Shown piece by piece: positions 24,597 to 38,682 of a DNA stretch of 64,000 bases. The stretch lies in assembly GCF_009914755.1 (NCBI RefSeq), contig NC_060944.1, one strand, 5' to 3'. The number at the start of each line of letters is the position of its first letter. Position 1 is the first letter of the stretch. The DNA comes from the human T2T-CHM13v2.0 reference genome, Homo sapiens. Made by a program: the position numbers and the translations under genes. The notes beneath the pieces were generated by a model that was given only the letters and a program-made list of their open reading frames with translations, searched no databases and was not told the origin of the DNA.

Positions 24597-25579
24597 CTAA
24601 TCAAGACTTTTTAAAAACATGAATCAAAAAGACACACTTTAATTAATAGGCAGTGAATTAAAAGACTGCTGACTTTGGAAAAATCGTTTTCTGAGTTCAA
24701 GATCGGTGACGCTGGATTAGCCTAATTGATCTGAACTTGTTGGTTTGGGATTCAAGGGCAAGTTTGGTTCCTTAGTGGCTGGCTGTGTTGTGTCCAGATT
24801 GATGTTCCCAGGTGGGGGGCAGGAGCCCTGGAAACAACAGCCAGACCCTGGGCAGCCGGCCCCGGCGAAGAGGGGTCCAAGCCCTGTCTCATGTCTCCCT
24901 TGGGGTACATTTGAGGCCTGGACACCCCAACCCCGGGAGGTGGGGAGTGGGTCAGGCTGGATATGAGCAATGACACTGAGAAGACTCAGGGGCCTCGCCA
25001 GACACTAGCCCCAGGAGGCCCGGCGGTGTCCCAAAAACTGGCCATCTGTTAGACAAACCAAAAGAAACTCAAAAGAGGTAAACAGTACAAATCTCACTCG
25101 ATCAAAATTAATAAAAATAGAAATAAAAATTCCCCAATTTATTTTAAGTTACATGACCAAGAAATAAGTACCCCATGCCTAGGAGAGTGGGTGGGGTTTG
25201 GCCAGGCTGAGCTCAGGGAAAGGTACGTGGCCTTGAACTTCATATTCCAGATGAATATTAAGATGAATGGAATGAATACAGTCGCCCAAGTCATTCAAGA
25301 AAAGTAACAAATAAAGAGAAGATGGGGAAAAGTCAAAGCTGATGAATTAGGGAGAAAAGCTACGGAATTTGAGTCCAACAACTGGTTCTTTGGAAAGTTG
25401 TAAGAAGTGAGTGTTCCAATCATTTTCCTGGTCAAAACATTCGGCCTCACTGGTGGCCTGAGAAATCGCTTAAATGTCATCAGAGTAGAACAGAAATCAG
25501 GGCAGGAAAGAGCATGGGCAGAGAGGGAGGGGAGCCCCAGGGCGTCTCCGGTGCGCTCAGACACAGGTTCAATATGTAA

Positions 25580-26260
25580 AACAGTGTTATTGAGCTGTCA
25601 CTCACATGGTATACCAGTCGCCCATCTACAGCACACAACTCAATGGTCTGAGTGTGTTCCTTCACAGAGTTGTGCAACCATCACCACGGTCAATTTTAGA
25701 ACATTTTCATCACCTCAAAAAGAAACCCTGTCCCCATTAGCAGTCACTCCCCACTGCCCCCACCACACCCCCAACCCCTGGCAACTGCAAATCTGTTTCC
25801 TGTCTCTCCTGGTTTGCCTGTTACAGACATTTCCCATCAGTGGAATCACACAATATATGTTGTTTTGTGTCTAGCTTCTTTCATTTAACATAATGTTTTC
25901 ACGGCTCACCCGTGTGGTAGCATACATCTGTGCCTCATTCTTTTTGATGGCGGCATAATATTCCATTGCACAGAGGAGCCACATTTTGCCAGCCCGTTCA
26001 TCAGTAGACGGGCAGTGCCTTGTTTCCACTTCTTGACTATCATGAATAATGTTGCTATGAACATTCATGGGAAGGTTTTATGTGAAGGTATGTTTTCATT
26101 TCTCTTGGGTACATACCTAGAATTGGAATTGTTAGATCACATGGTAATTCCATGTTTAACCATTTTGAGAAACTTCCAAACTGCTTTCCAAAGCAGCTGC
26201 ACCATTTCATATCCCCACCAGCAATGCATAGATTCTGAACTTCTCTTTCCACAAACTTTT
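25580..26260 (-). mobile_element. L1MB-type 3' end
   Basis: cacagagttgtgcaaccatcaccacggtcaattttagaacattttcatcacctcaaaaagaaacc...ccaaactgctttccaaagcagctgcaccattt. Confidence 0.9.
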
Positions 26261-27044
26261 GTTATTAAAAATAAATTGTTTAAAGAAGGGAAAAAACAGC
26301 TCTCCATAATAAAACACACTGCTCTTCTGAAATCTCCCTTGGCGTGTGTCTATGAGTTGATTTACAGTGTGGGTGCAAGTCCACAAGCCAGCAGACACAC
26401 AGGGCCACAGAAGGGACACTGCCATGCTGGCCCACTACCACGTTCACACCGAAGGTGACTTTGCCTGGCTGTGGACTCAGCGAAGCTGGGACACCCTCAG
26501 AGGCGACTGTCCACCCAACCCTCACCATGCAGAGACAGAGACCAGCACACTTGGTCTCCTCCACCCAGATAAGCTCTTGGAGAGGTGGCCCTGGCACCTG
26601 TGAAAATGTAAATGGCTGTCGGCCTTTGACGGTGCTGCTGACGGGTGACCAGAGTTCTCTCGCGGCTGCACGTTTTCCCATGAGCGCCGAGGCAGGTTCA
26701 ATATGGACAGCTCCTCCAGCCCCTGCAGGTAACCCAGCCCGAGCTCCCACTTCCTTTGTACCAAGCAGAAACAAGGGCATGGAAAAGGGAGGGGTGTTTT
26801 CACATCTGAATGGCAACATTCCCGTCCAACACCCCGGACTATATCTTCAAACAGATCTGTCTGAGAAGACAGTGATTGCATTGAGCCCAGCGTGCTGTCA
26901 GCTGCTTGAAGCCAGTTTCGGCACACGGGTATTAGGTTATAGAAGAAACCTTGTTGTAAGGATCGTCAGGGAGGAAGTCACTGTATTTACTTGAAGTTTG
27001 CACAGCTTCATCAGTTTCAGTGGAAATAACTAAAAATAGTTAAA

Positions 27045-28085
27045 GACATTAGTTAAAATTAAAGAAAAGGGGACGAGAAAACAAGCTACAGCCTGAGAGA
27101 AAACATTTACAAACCACATGCCCGACAAAAGACTCACAGAATATATTCCTTAAACTCTCAAAACTCAACAGTAAAAACAAACAATCAATCCAGTGAGAAA
27201 ATGGGCAGAAGAGACATTTCACCAGAGAGGCTGTACACAGGGAAATAAACACAGGCAAAGACATCTAATGTCCTCTGCCAGGGGGAACTGCACATTTGAC
27301 TCACGATGAAATGTCACTACGCACCCATCAGCATGGCGGAAATAAAAAATAACGGCAACATTAAATGCTAACGAGGTCATGAAGAAACGAGATCACTCAT
27401 ACACTGTTGGCGGGAATCTAAAACGGGGCAGCCACGGTGGAGACGGTGTAGCAGTGTTTTGCAAAACCAAGCACGTGCTCACCTACAACCCGCAACTGCA
27501 TTCCTGGGCATGCATCCCAGAGAAAGGAAGACTTTCATTCACACAAAACCCTATCACAATTACTCATAGCAACTTTATTTGTAACCACGAAGAACCAGAA
27601 ACAACCACATGCCCAACAATAGATGAATGGCTATACACGCTGGGGTGCTGCACACCCTGGGACTCCACTCAGCTGCAGAGAAAGAACCGGTGAAGCACAC
27701 AACAGCTCTGGCGGGTCTTTGGGGAAAGACCACCGTCTACCGCCACGCGAGGGAAAGAAGCCGGTCTCCAAAGGTCACACCCTGCGTGATTTCATTTCTG
27801 TGACATTCTCAAAATGACGAATTTGGAGGAGGTTGGAGTGGGGAAAGAGCTGGAGGCTGTGACTAAAAAGGATAGCAGGAGGAAGATCTTTGCAGCCGCA
27901 GAGGGGCCCTATATCTTGACTATAGTGGTCACGCGTGTGATAAATGGCAAAGAGCAGAGACGTTGTCGGAGGCACGTCCTGGTTGCGAGGCCGTCCTCTA
28001 GTGGAGGGATCTGGGTGAAGGATGCATGGGCTGTCTCTGTACTACTGTGTCTGTCTTTGCAACTTCCTGTACATCTACAATCATT
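27045..28085 (+). mobile_element. L1M ORF2 end plus 3' UTR
   Basis: aaactctcaaaactcaacagtaaaaacaaacaatcaatcc...gatcactcatacactgttggcgggaat...ttgcaacttcctgtacatctacaatcatt. Confidence 0.9.
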
Positions 28086-28091
28086 GCAACA

Positions 28092-28157
28092 GCTGCAGTG
28101 GGCTCCGGTGGGCCTGTACTCCAGCCTACGACAGAGAGAGACTCTGTCTCTTAAAAA
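28092..28157 (+). mobile_element. 5'-truncated Alu 3' fragment
   Basis: gctgcagtgggc...ctgtactccagcctacgacagagagagactctgtctcttaaaaa. Confidence 0.7.
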
Positions 28158-28546
28158 CTACTTTATTTTTAAAATGGCAGCAGGCGTTGCTTTGCCTCAG
28201 GAGAGTTGGACGCCGAGCCCTTTTGCGGGTACTCACCAGAGGCATTTGTGCTGCTCGGGGTCTGGGCACCCTCTTGTTGTGGTGACTGTGATTCCCATAT
28301 CATTTTATCTCACAACGTTATGAAAAAAGCCTCATTGCCGTAACAGCACAGCAAGACAGCAAGCAACTGCGATCGCCTTGGCAGAGAAGGAGAAGCAAGG
28401 AAAGGAGACCAGAGCAGCGCTCGTACCTCTGAAGTCCTCTCCCGCAATGCGACGTATTAGCCCAAAGTAGACCGTGGCTATGGCCGGGGCGGGGCAGCTC
28501 TGTTTGTGAGCACGGAATCGAGGCTGGGAGCTGCACACTCACCTGA

Positions 28547-28996
<450 letters not shown>

Positions 28997-29984
28997 AGTA
29001 CTGATTTTTAAATCTATCTGTTCAATCATTTCGGCTGGAGCCATCATTATCTTGCTGAAGCAGCTGTTGGAATATTAACAAGAGGCAGTGGTAACAAGTG
29101 GAATGTAATTAGCACTCCTTGTTCCAGTGAATTTGCAGTTCTAACTGGGAACAATTTGCAGTGAGTTTGTGTGTGGCTGTAATTAACTTCGCAAGCACAC
29201 AGGCAGCACAGAGCCCATGGGACCACAGCCCGGGCTGTGACCTGCAGGCTGATCCCTCTGAGTCGCCCCTGAGTTCCCACCGGCTGCTCCCGTGCGCGGG
29301 TGCCCCTCTCTCAGCCTGGCATGTGACTGCCTCCTCCAAACACCCACCTGGTGTCCACCATTCTGGCCCTGCCAGCAGCTCCTTCATTCCATCATTTATC
29401 CCAGTGTTTTCCAAGCACCCAGGATGCACCAGGCTGGGACTTGCCCCCAGTCCCACAAAGCTCTGCACTCCTGGGTTCCCCAGTACCCCCCAGGAAGACT
29501 CCATGCCACACAGGTGGCACCACCCTGCTGGGCTCACGTGGGGAAAGGATGAGAGAGCCGCCCACCTGGGCAGACAGGTGCCTGAGCCGGGTGGGAGGTG
29601 GGAACGGAGCCCAGGACCACACAGGGGGTGCCGAGGAGCTTGCACACCCAGGAGGCTCCCTGGAAGAGGAAGGTTTCAAGCAGCTGCCCTCAGGCACCCC
29701 ACGCGTGTTGACAGCCAAGCGTGACTTCTTGTCAAGGGCATCGTTAAAGGAGAACATGAGGCCTGCTCGGGGGCTGAGAGGAGAGAGGTGCCAGGGCAGG
29801 CGCCCCCCGCACATACCCTGCCACTGCCACGGGATCCCGGCACTGCAGCCTCCTGGTGAGGCCCATGTCCAGCTGGGGTTGCAGAGGGTGCGGTGGCTTC
29901 ACACCCCGGATTGAACTCACCACCCTCCTCTTTCCCTCAAGCTTTGGTGGCTGGAGAATGACAGTCGATGGCCAGTGCCTGGTT

Positions 29985-30140
29985 TGCAGAGGCCGCTCAT
30001 CAGCGTGAATCCCCCTGCGTGGTCAGGGCCACCTCCCCTTTATTGATGAGAAACTGAGGCACAAATACATTCAGTGCCTTTAGTGAGTGTCACGCCCAGA
30101 GGGTGACCACCTGCCAAGGTGGGGCATAATGCACTTGGCT
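29985..30140. mobile_element. MIR fragment
   Basis: cccctttattgatgagaaactgaggcaca. Confidence 0.6.
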
Positions 30141-31209
30141 TCCCAGCCTGCAGATGCTGGACTCTCACACAGATGGACCGGACGGACCGGAGCCCGAGGT
30201 CCCCAGCGTGAGACCCATTGTTGTTCTTGGCAGTTTATTTTCACATCTTTCCCGGAGGCCCAGATTCAGCGGTTCTTAGACTTAACCTAAGAATCTCTCA
30301 AAACCATGTAATAAAATACTCCATCTGCATAGATTAATTTACTTGCAATGAATACACAGACTTGGAGGGCACAATCCTATGGCCTTTTACAAATGTTTAC
30401 AGCCATGTGACAACACCCCACTCAAAATACGCAACACTTCATCACCCTGGAAAGTTCCCTCATGCCCCTTGCCCAGCCGCCACCTAACCCCCAACAAACC
30501 AGGCAATGACGTTCTGATTTTTATGGTCAGGGAGTAGCTTTGCCTATTCTAGAACCTCAAGTAAAGGTGATTACGTAGCGTGCACTTCTTTGGGTCTGGC
30601 TTCTCTCACTCAACATGATGTCTGAGAGACGCCTGTTCTGGGGTGAGACGTGGTTCTCGCCTTGTTCTTGCTGAGTAGTATTCCACTGGACGGACGTGGC
30701 ACAATGGTGGCGTTTCCATTCACCATCAGAGAACACGGAGCTTCCTTCCCGATTGAGGATACCACAAATAAAGCTGCTGTGAACATCCACGTACAAGTCT
30801 TTTTGTGGGTATGTTTTTATTGCTGTTGCATGAACACCTAGGAATGGAATCGCTGGATCCTAAGGGAGGTGTTTGTTTTATTTTATGAGAACGACCAACT
30901 ATCTTTCAAAGTGATCAAAGTGCCTTACACTCTCAACAGCAATGGATTAGATTTCCACTTGACGGCAGGCAGGGTGGCCAGGCATGTCCGCCTGGGTCAT
31001 TCTCACAGGCACGCATGGCCCCTTGCGGTCGTTCTAATTTGCATTTCCCTGGTGACTAATCGAAAGGAGCTTTTCATGTTTGTCTCTTTGTTATGTCTTA
31101 CAGAACCTACTTCTGTATTCTGCATATAAGTTATTTGCCAGGCATCTGAAGGGACTTCAAAAAGTTCACGGAAAAATAAAATTAGAAGATAAAAATAAAA
31201 ATATAAACT

Positions 31210-32166
31210 TTATTTCTCAACATAAGCTCCACCAAGGTCAAGACACTTTTGTAAGTGATGATACCAGCCATTTAGTCCATCCCTAAGGCACTGAGGGTCC
31301 TGGGGATTTAACCATCTCAATGCAGTCTTTTTACATTACTAACTGAAGAAAAATGACTGTTCTTTAAAAATAATTTTTAAGATTAGGAAGAAAAAAGCCA
31401 GACGGAGCCAAATCAAAACTGTAAGGTGGGTGCCAGATGCCTCCAGCATCCCCAAAACTTGCCATAACCTTGGCTCTTGACCAGTCCACTTTTGCTGTGA
31501 CTTGAGCACCTCCGCCTCTCCATAGCCTTTGCTTTGATTGGGCCTTTCCGCCTCTCTGTAGCCGTTGCTGTGACTTGAGCACCTCACTCTCTCCGTAGCC
31601 GTTGCTGTGACTTGAGCACCTCAGTCTCTCCGTAGCCGTTGCTTTGATTGGGCTTTGTCTTCAGCATGGTACTGGGAAAGCCAAGTCTCCTGTTACAATT
31701 CTTCAAGGAAATGCTTCAGGATCTTGATCCCACTTGTTTAAAATTTCCACGGAAAGCTCTGCTCTTGTCTCCAGCTGATCTGGGCACAACAGTTTTGGCA
31801 CCCATCGAGTGGAAAATTTGCCCAACTTTAATGTTTCAGTAAGAATTGTGCCAGCTGAACCAACTGAGATGTCTATGGTGTTGGCTATTTTTTCTGCTGT
31901 TAATCGCTGGTCCTCTTCAATGAGGGCATGAACAAGATTAATTTTTTCCTCAAAAACTGATATGGATAGTCTGCCACTGAAGGCTTCATCTTCAATATTG
32001 TCTTGTCTCTTCTTAAAACAGGTTATCCACTTGTAAACTGCTGATCTCATTGGGACATTGTCCCCATAAACTTTTTGTAAAGTATCAATGATTTCACATT
32101 CTTTCACGAAGCTTCTTCATTAATTTGGTGTTTCTTCTTTCTTGCTTCAATTTTAGCAGAATTCAT
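31210..32166 (-). pseudogene. Hsmar2 transposase pseudogene
   Basis: Starts MNSAKIEAR; contains LQKVYGDN..SAVYKWIT.FKK (helix-turn-helix region), STRWVPK (WVPHEL-like), HPPYSFDLAPS (YSPDL-like) and ends GAYVEK*. Carries frameshifts and an internal deletion. Confidence 0.95.
31492..31653. repeat. 36-37 bp tandem repeat, 4 copies, inside the Hsmar2 ORF
   Basis: TTGCT(G/T)TGA starts at 31492, 31529, 31565, 31602 and 31639. Confidence 0.9.
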
Positions 32167-32201
32167 GTTGCTCCAATAGGAGCTCTTTTCAAACAGATTT
32201 C

Positions 32202-32532
<331 letters not shown>

Positions 32533-33118
32533 TAGTGCCTCACACCAGATCCTGTTCAGACATGTTATAACAAATTAGTATGAGTTTATTTTTGCACAAT
32601 TTTTGACATCTATGCATAGTTTTTCACAATACACATTTTCCTTAAAGGGTTTGAGGACCCTTTTGTGTGACTGCAGACGCTTCTACAGTCTGTGACTTGT
32701 CTTCTCCTTTTCCTAAAGGTGGCTTTGATGGTCTTTTAAAATTTTGATTGAAGAACAACTTACCAATTTACCAGTTTGGGTTAATTTTGGGTTAACGCTT
32801 TTTGTACCTTTTCTAGGGAATCTTTGCCTATGTCAAGATCAAAAGCATGTCTTGGCCTAGTTCATAATGTTAGAGGGAAGCTGCAGGATTTCTGTCCATG
32901 CCCTTCGTGACACGGAGGTAGATCCAGGTACCAGTCGAATTGAAATTTTCGGTCTGCATCTGTTTAGATGATCATATAGATTTCTCCTTTACGTTAATAT
33001 GGTAAAAATAAAATCACTGATTTTTGAATATTGAACCAATCTTGCATTCTAGAGATAAATATTCCTCGGTCATAATGCATAATCCTTGTGTTATATTGCT
33101 GGATTTGACTTGTTAATA

Positions 33119-33449
33119 CATTTGGCCCTCCATATCTACAGGTTTCTCATTCACAGATTCAGCCAACCTGAGATGGAAAGTATTCAAAAGTAAGATAAAT
33201 AAAAAATGAAGATACAACCATAAAAAATAATACAGTATAACAACTATTTACACAGCATTTACATTCTATTAGGTATATAAATAATCTAGGGATGGTTTAA
33301 AGTATATGGGTGGATATGGGTATACTATGCAAATACATACTATGTGCAAATACTGTGCCATTTTATATGAGTGACTTGAGCATCATTGGATTTTGGTACC
33401 CACAGGGGCTCCTGAAACCATTCCCCCGCATGTGCATGTCAAGGGACTG
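33119..33449 (-). mobile_element. MER2 (Tigger-family MITE)
   Basis: aatacagtataacaactatttacacagcatttacatt...gacttgagcatcattggattttggtaccca; TA flanks. Confidence 0.9.
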
Positions 33450-33451
33450 TA

Positions 33452-33621
33452 AAGATGGTCTCTGACTTAAAATATTTTTACTTTACCATGGTATGAAAGC
33501 GATACCGGTAAGTGCTCAACTTATGATGGAGTTACATCTGGATGAACCCACCGTAAGTCAAAAATCCTATAAGTTGAAGGCTTAGCTGGACATAGCCCTA
33601 TCGTAAGTTGAGGAGCACCTG
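33452..33621. mobile_element. MER47-like (Tigger-family) element, rearranged
   Basis: ctcaacttatgatggagttacatctggatgaacccaccgtaagtc and its inverted copy ccctatcgtaagttgaggagcacctg; TA flanks. Confidence 0.8.
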
Positions 33622-33731
33622 TATTTTGTTAAGGGTTTCTATGTCTTTGTTCATAAGGAATATTTGCTCTGTAATGTCATTTACTTGGAATGTCTTCATC
33701 ATCAACTCTGGTATCAGGATTATGCTGGCCT

Positions 33732-33926
33732 TGGTATGCAGGAGCCAACTCACCATGGCCCCCAGGGGCCAACTGTGTGCATCTCTCCCCACCTCACACA
33801 CCAGTGTCACGTTGGTAGTGACGTCAGCCATGGTGCAAGTATGTACATCACTGGAATTGGCAAACACTGCAAATCATACGTTTCCCCCAGAAAGCTAATT
33901 GTTAAATATTTACCAGTGAACCATTG
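33732..33926. mobile_element. MER63A-like hAT MITE
   Basis: gtcacgttggtag...gttaaatatttaccagtgaaccattg; exact 8 bp TSD GCTGGCCT at 33724-33731 and 33927-33934. Confidence 0.85.
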
Positions 33927-35631
33927 GCTGGCCTCATAAAACAAATCATTTTTCTTCATCCTCTATTTTCTGAGTTTGTGTGAGATTTATAATATCTCTT
34001 CCTTAAGTGTTTGACAGAATTCACCAGTGAAGCCAGCTGTGCCTGGAGTCTTCCTTGTGCTAATGTCTGGTTGTTAGGAATTCAGTTTATTTAACAGATG
34101 TGGGTCTATTCTCTTTCTTCTCATGTCAGTTTTTGTTAGTTGTGTTTTTCTAGGGATTTTTCTATTTTATCCACATTATCTAATCTATTGGCATAAAGTT
34201 GTTCATAATACTCTCTTATTACCCATCTAATCTTTAGAATACTATTCCTGATGTAGAAAATGTGTGTTTTATCTTTTGTTCTTGATCACTCTTGCTAAGG
34301 GTTTATCAACTTTATTTATGTTTTCAAAGAGCTAACTTTTGGCTGTGTTTTCTCTATTGTTTGCCTATTTTCTGCCTCATTGCTTTCTTTTCTTACCATT
34401 GTTTTTCTCTTCCTTCTACTTGTTTTAAGTAGAGTTGAGTTTAATTTGCTCTTATTTTCCTATCTTCTTAGATGGAAACTTAAATAACTGATTTTAGACA
34501 TTCAGACCTTTCTGCTTTTCTAATATAAACATTTAAAGCTTTCTTGGGAGCACTGCTTTAGCTGTATCCCACAAATTCTGATATGTTATATTTTTATTTC
34601 ATTTCACTAGAAATATTTCTTGGCTTCCATTATGGTCTTTTCTTGACCCCATGGGATATTCAGAAGTGCATTGCTTAATTTCCAAATATTGAGGGCTTTC
34701 CTAAATATCAAATAAATTTCTTAGTTAATTCTTTTGTAATAATAGAATATACTCTTAAAGATTCCAAACTTTTGAAATGTATTGAGGCTTATGTTAAAGT
34801 ATAACATATGATCCGTCTTAGTGAATTCTCCAAATATTTGAAAAAAAGTGGATATTCTGCAGCATTTGGTGTAGGGTTCTATTAATGCCAATTAGGTCAA
34901 GTTCATTGGTGGTGTTATCTATATCTTATTACTAATGTTTTGTCTACTTGTTCTATCAAAGACTGAGAAAAGGGTGTTAAAATCTCCAACTATGATTGTG
35001 AGTTTGTCTATTTCTCTCTTTAATTATGTCAGTTTTGTGTATGGTCACATATTTTTAAATTCTCTTATTATGTGCTACATATTTTTAAATTCTGTTATTA
35101 TGTGCTACATATTTATGACTGATGTCCTGATGAAATGGGCCTTTTTTCATTGTGAAATATACCTCCTTATCTCTGTTGATGCTACTTGTCTTAGACCCCA
35201 CCCTGTCTGGTATGGATGCAGCCACCTTGGCTTTCCTGTGCTCACTCTTTGTGTCACACGCACCTGTCCATCTTTGTACCTTCTACCACCCTGGGTCTTC
35301 CAAGTGTGTCTCCTGGGCACAGCATGCTGTCGGGTCTTGCTTCTTTGATCCAGTGTGACCATTTCTGCCTCTGAACTTGAGGGTATAATCCATCTACATT
35401 TGATACAATTAGGATACGTATGGTTCAGTTTAAGTCTACCATCTTGCTATTTGTTTTCTTTTTGTTCCACATGGTTTTTGATCCTATGTTCTACTCCTAT
35501 CTTCTTTTGGGTAAATAAAATGTTTTTTAGTATTTTATTTTATCTCCTCTATTGACTTATTATAAATAAAACTTTTTAGTCGTTGCTGTAGGAGTTACAA
35601 CAGCATTTTTATAACAGACCCTTTTACAATT

Positions 35632-35750
35632 ATTAATCCTGAACCACTTTATATACAACTTAAGTTTATAGCAGTATAATTTCAGAGGCCACTTAAAATT
35701 AATCCTGAATCACTTTATATACAACTTAAGTTTATAGCAATGTAATTTCA
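35632..35750. repeat. Two-copy duplication of about 52 bp (period 67) inside the L1
   Basis: ttaatcctgaaYcactttatatacaacttaagtttatagcaRtRtaatttca occurs twice; a similar 30 bp duplication lies at 35048-35115. Confidence 0.9.
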
Positions 35751-36689
35751 TTTACTCACCCCTTGTTTTTGGTGCTATTGTTGACAAATACACTTACTTC
35801 CACATATGTTATAAATTTGACAATACTTATGGACTCAAAATGTTTACCTTTTTCAATGCTTTTCATTCCCTCCTATGGATATTAAATTACATCTGGTTTC
35901 ATTTCACTGCAGCCTGGAGAACTTTATTTAATATTTCTGGTAGTTTATGTCTCCTGGCAATAGATTTTCTTGGCTTTAAAAAAACTCAAAATGTCTTTAT
36001 TTAACCCTCATTTATGAAGGATAGCTTTTATTGAATATGTTGCTTGACAAGCTTTTTTTCCAAACTAAGCACTTTTAAGGTATTATTCCATTGTCTTCAG
36101 GAATCCATTGTTTAAAACGAATATCAGCTGTTTCCCTGTGCCTAGGTGTCCTTTTTCTCTGACTGCTTTTAAGATTTTCTCCTTCTTTTCAGTTTGTGGC
36201 AGTTTACCATGATATGCCTCTGTTTGGTTTTCTTCGTATTTGTCCTGTTTCTTACACCTGTGCATTAATATTTTTCACCAAATTTGGGAAATATTTGGTT
36301 ATTAGTTTTTCAAATTTTTTGCTACCTTTTTCTCTCTCTCCTCTTTTTGGGATTATAATTACATATATATTAGGCCACTTTATATGTTAGTTCCATATAT
36401 TAACATATAACATATATTATCCCCACAGGTCACTAAGACTTTATTCTTTTTCTCTATTCTTCCAACTGGATAATTTCAATTGATCTCTCCTCAAATTTAC
36501 TGATATTTTCTTCTGCTGTTAAGCCACACAGTGAATTCCCATCTGTTCACTCATATCCTCAAAAATATTTAGAATGCATTCCAAAGTTCCTGTCTGCAAA
36601 TGTCAACATCTGTACCGTTGCAAGTTCTATTTCTATCTTCTGCATTTTTTCTTTCCTTTTTTGTATTTCAACATGTGTATGTTTCATGT

Positions 36690-37115
36690 GTAACTGCTGT
36701 ACTGAGATATAACTTACGTACCACGCAGTTCGCTCACTTAATAAAAGCATCATTCAATGGTGCGTGGTATACTCAGAGCTGCGAAACTATCCTCACAGTC
36801 AATTTAAGAACATTTTCATCATCCCCATCCTCATGCCCGGCAGCACTCCCTCATCCCCTCCCAGGCCCTGGCAGCCGAGAATCCACTCTGTGTCTCTGTG
36901 GATTTGCCTGCTCCATGCATCCTCTATCAATGGAGTCATCGGTCTTTTGTGTGTGGCTTCTTTCGTGTTATATCATCTTTTCAAGGCTAATTCGCATTGT
37001 AGCATGTGTCTGAACACCACTCGTTTTTAAGGTGAATAATACTCCATGGTGCAAACAGACTTCGTGTGCCCATCCGTTCCTCTGCTGATGAGCATTTGGG
37101 TTGCTGGGACCATCT
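36690..37115 (-). mobile_element. L1MB-type 3' end
   Basis: actgagatataacttacgtacca...tcacagtcaatttaagaacattttcatcatcccc...tgatgagcatttgggttg. Confidence 0.85.
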
Positions 37116-37713
37116 GGGCCATCTGAAACCCCCTGGAGCCTGTGCTGCTGATTCTGACATCAGTGGTCCCGAGCACACACTTGGCAATCCTGAAGTCTCT
37201 GATAGAACAGCAGCTGGCATCACCCGGGCACCTGCCACGTGCCAAGCATGCAGCTAAATGCCACTCACGTGGCCCCGCCTGACCTCACACAGATGGGCTG
37301 GGCCGCTGATGGCCCCGTTTGTCAGATGAGGAGACTGGAGGCAGCTCCAGGTCACAGAGCTGCGAGATAACAGGCAGGAGCCCCCAGCGAGTCCAGAGCT
37401 CACCCTCCCAGGCCCCACCTCCCATGGCCTGCATCTTCAATTTCCAGGTCCCAAGCAGCTCAGGACTAGGCTGCTTCTGGCTTCTGGGTCCTCCCGGGAA
37501 GTCACAGCCTGGCACTGAGACCACCAGTCCCAGCATCTGTTTTCCCAGCAGCCCCGTGCTGGTGTTTTCTGCAGCTGCATTTGTGTTCTGTTGGCAAAAG
37601 AGGAACCTGCTCTGCATGGTCCCAAGCAACGGACGGGAATGTTTAACTTGTGTATTGATCTGGCAGCTCTCCAGTGACTTGGGATTTGCCACAATAATTC
37701 ACTTTCCACCTGG

Positions 37714-38019
37714 GTTTGTTTGTTTGTTTTTGAGAGAGGGTCTCGCTCTGCTGCCTAGGCTAGAGTACAGTGGCACAATCACGGCTCACTGCAGCCTCCA
37801 CCTCCTGGGCTCAAATGATCTTCCCACTTCAGCCTCCTGAGTAGCTGGGACTACAGGCGTGTGCCGCCACACCCAGCTAATTCATATTTTGTTTTTTGTA
37901 GAGACAGGGCCTCACTATGCTGCCCAGGCTGGTCTTAAACTCCCTCCTGGCCTCCAGCAATCCTCCTGCCTAGGGCTTACAAAGCACTGGACCTACAGGC
38001 GTGAGCCACCACACCAGCC
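37714..38019 (-). mobile_element. AluJ
   Basis: ctcactgcagcctccacctcctgggctcaaatgatc; gtagagacagggcctcactatgctgcccaggctgg. Confidence 0.93.
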
Positions 38020-38449
38020 TGTCTGGGCATTTTGACATCATGCAGACGCAGCACAGAACTGACCTGAGGGATCCAACAGCTCACCCGCCCTGAGGTTTCT
38101 GGGTCTGCAGCTGGGCCCAGGCCTGCAGTGCACACAGCTGTTCCCAGCACGTGCCTGTCCCTTCGACTCAGTGCACACAAGAAACCAGATGAGCCCACGA
38201 CTGCTGGGACCGAGGCTGCCTCGAGTCCCCCACAACCGAAATGTCCCCTCCAGACAGAGGCCTGGAACAAACAAGGCTCAACTAAAAATAGACTTAAGCA
38301 TGAGAGATTCAGAGGAAGGCAGCTATTTTTGGTTTGGTGTGTTTTTGCAAGGAAAGATGAGAAAAAGAGGCTCCCTCGAGGCTGGAGAGGGAAGTGTGTA
38401 AGAGGGGCACAGGGGACTTGGGGAGAAGCCACAGCTCCTTTTGTCTGTC

Positions 38450-38682
38450 CTGGGCTGACTCGTCTGCCTGAAATGTTGAAATCCCGACCCCCAGGACTGC
38501 TAGGGGAGCTCTAGTTGGAAGCAGAGTCCTTGCAGATGTTATCGGTTAAGATGGGGTGACACTGGATTGGGGGGACCTCAAATTCAGTAACTGTCCTTAT
38601 AAGAAGTGGGAGATACGGAGACACAGGTAGAAGCCACGTGAGATGGGGTGACAGTGATGCGGCCACCAGCCAACGGCAGCAG
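38450..38682 (+). mobile_element. MLT1 LTR 5' fragment
   Basis: gtccttgcagatgttatcggttaagatgggg...ctgtccttataagaag...gccacgtgaga. Confidence 0.8.

Noticed and set aside
28330-28500. Coding-like stretch (AIALAEKEKQGKE)
   Set aside because: Short, without convincing splice context or family match; may be a decayed L1 remnant.
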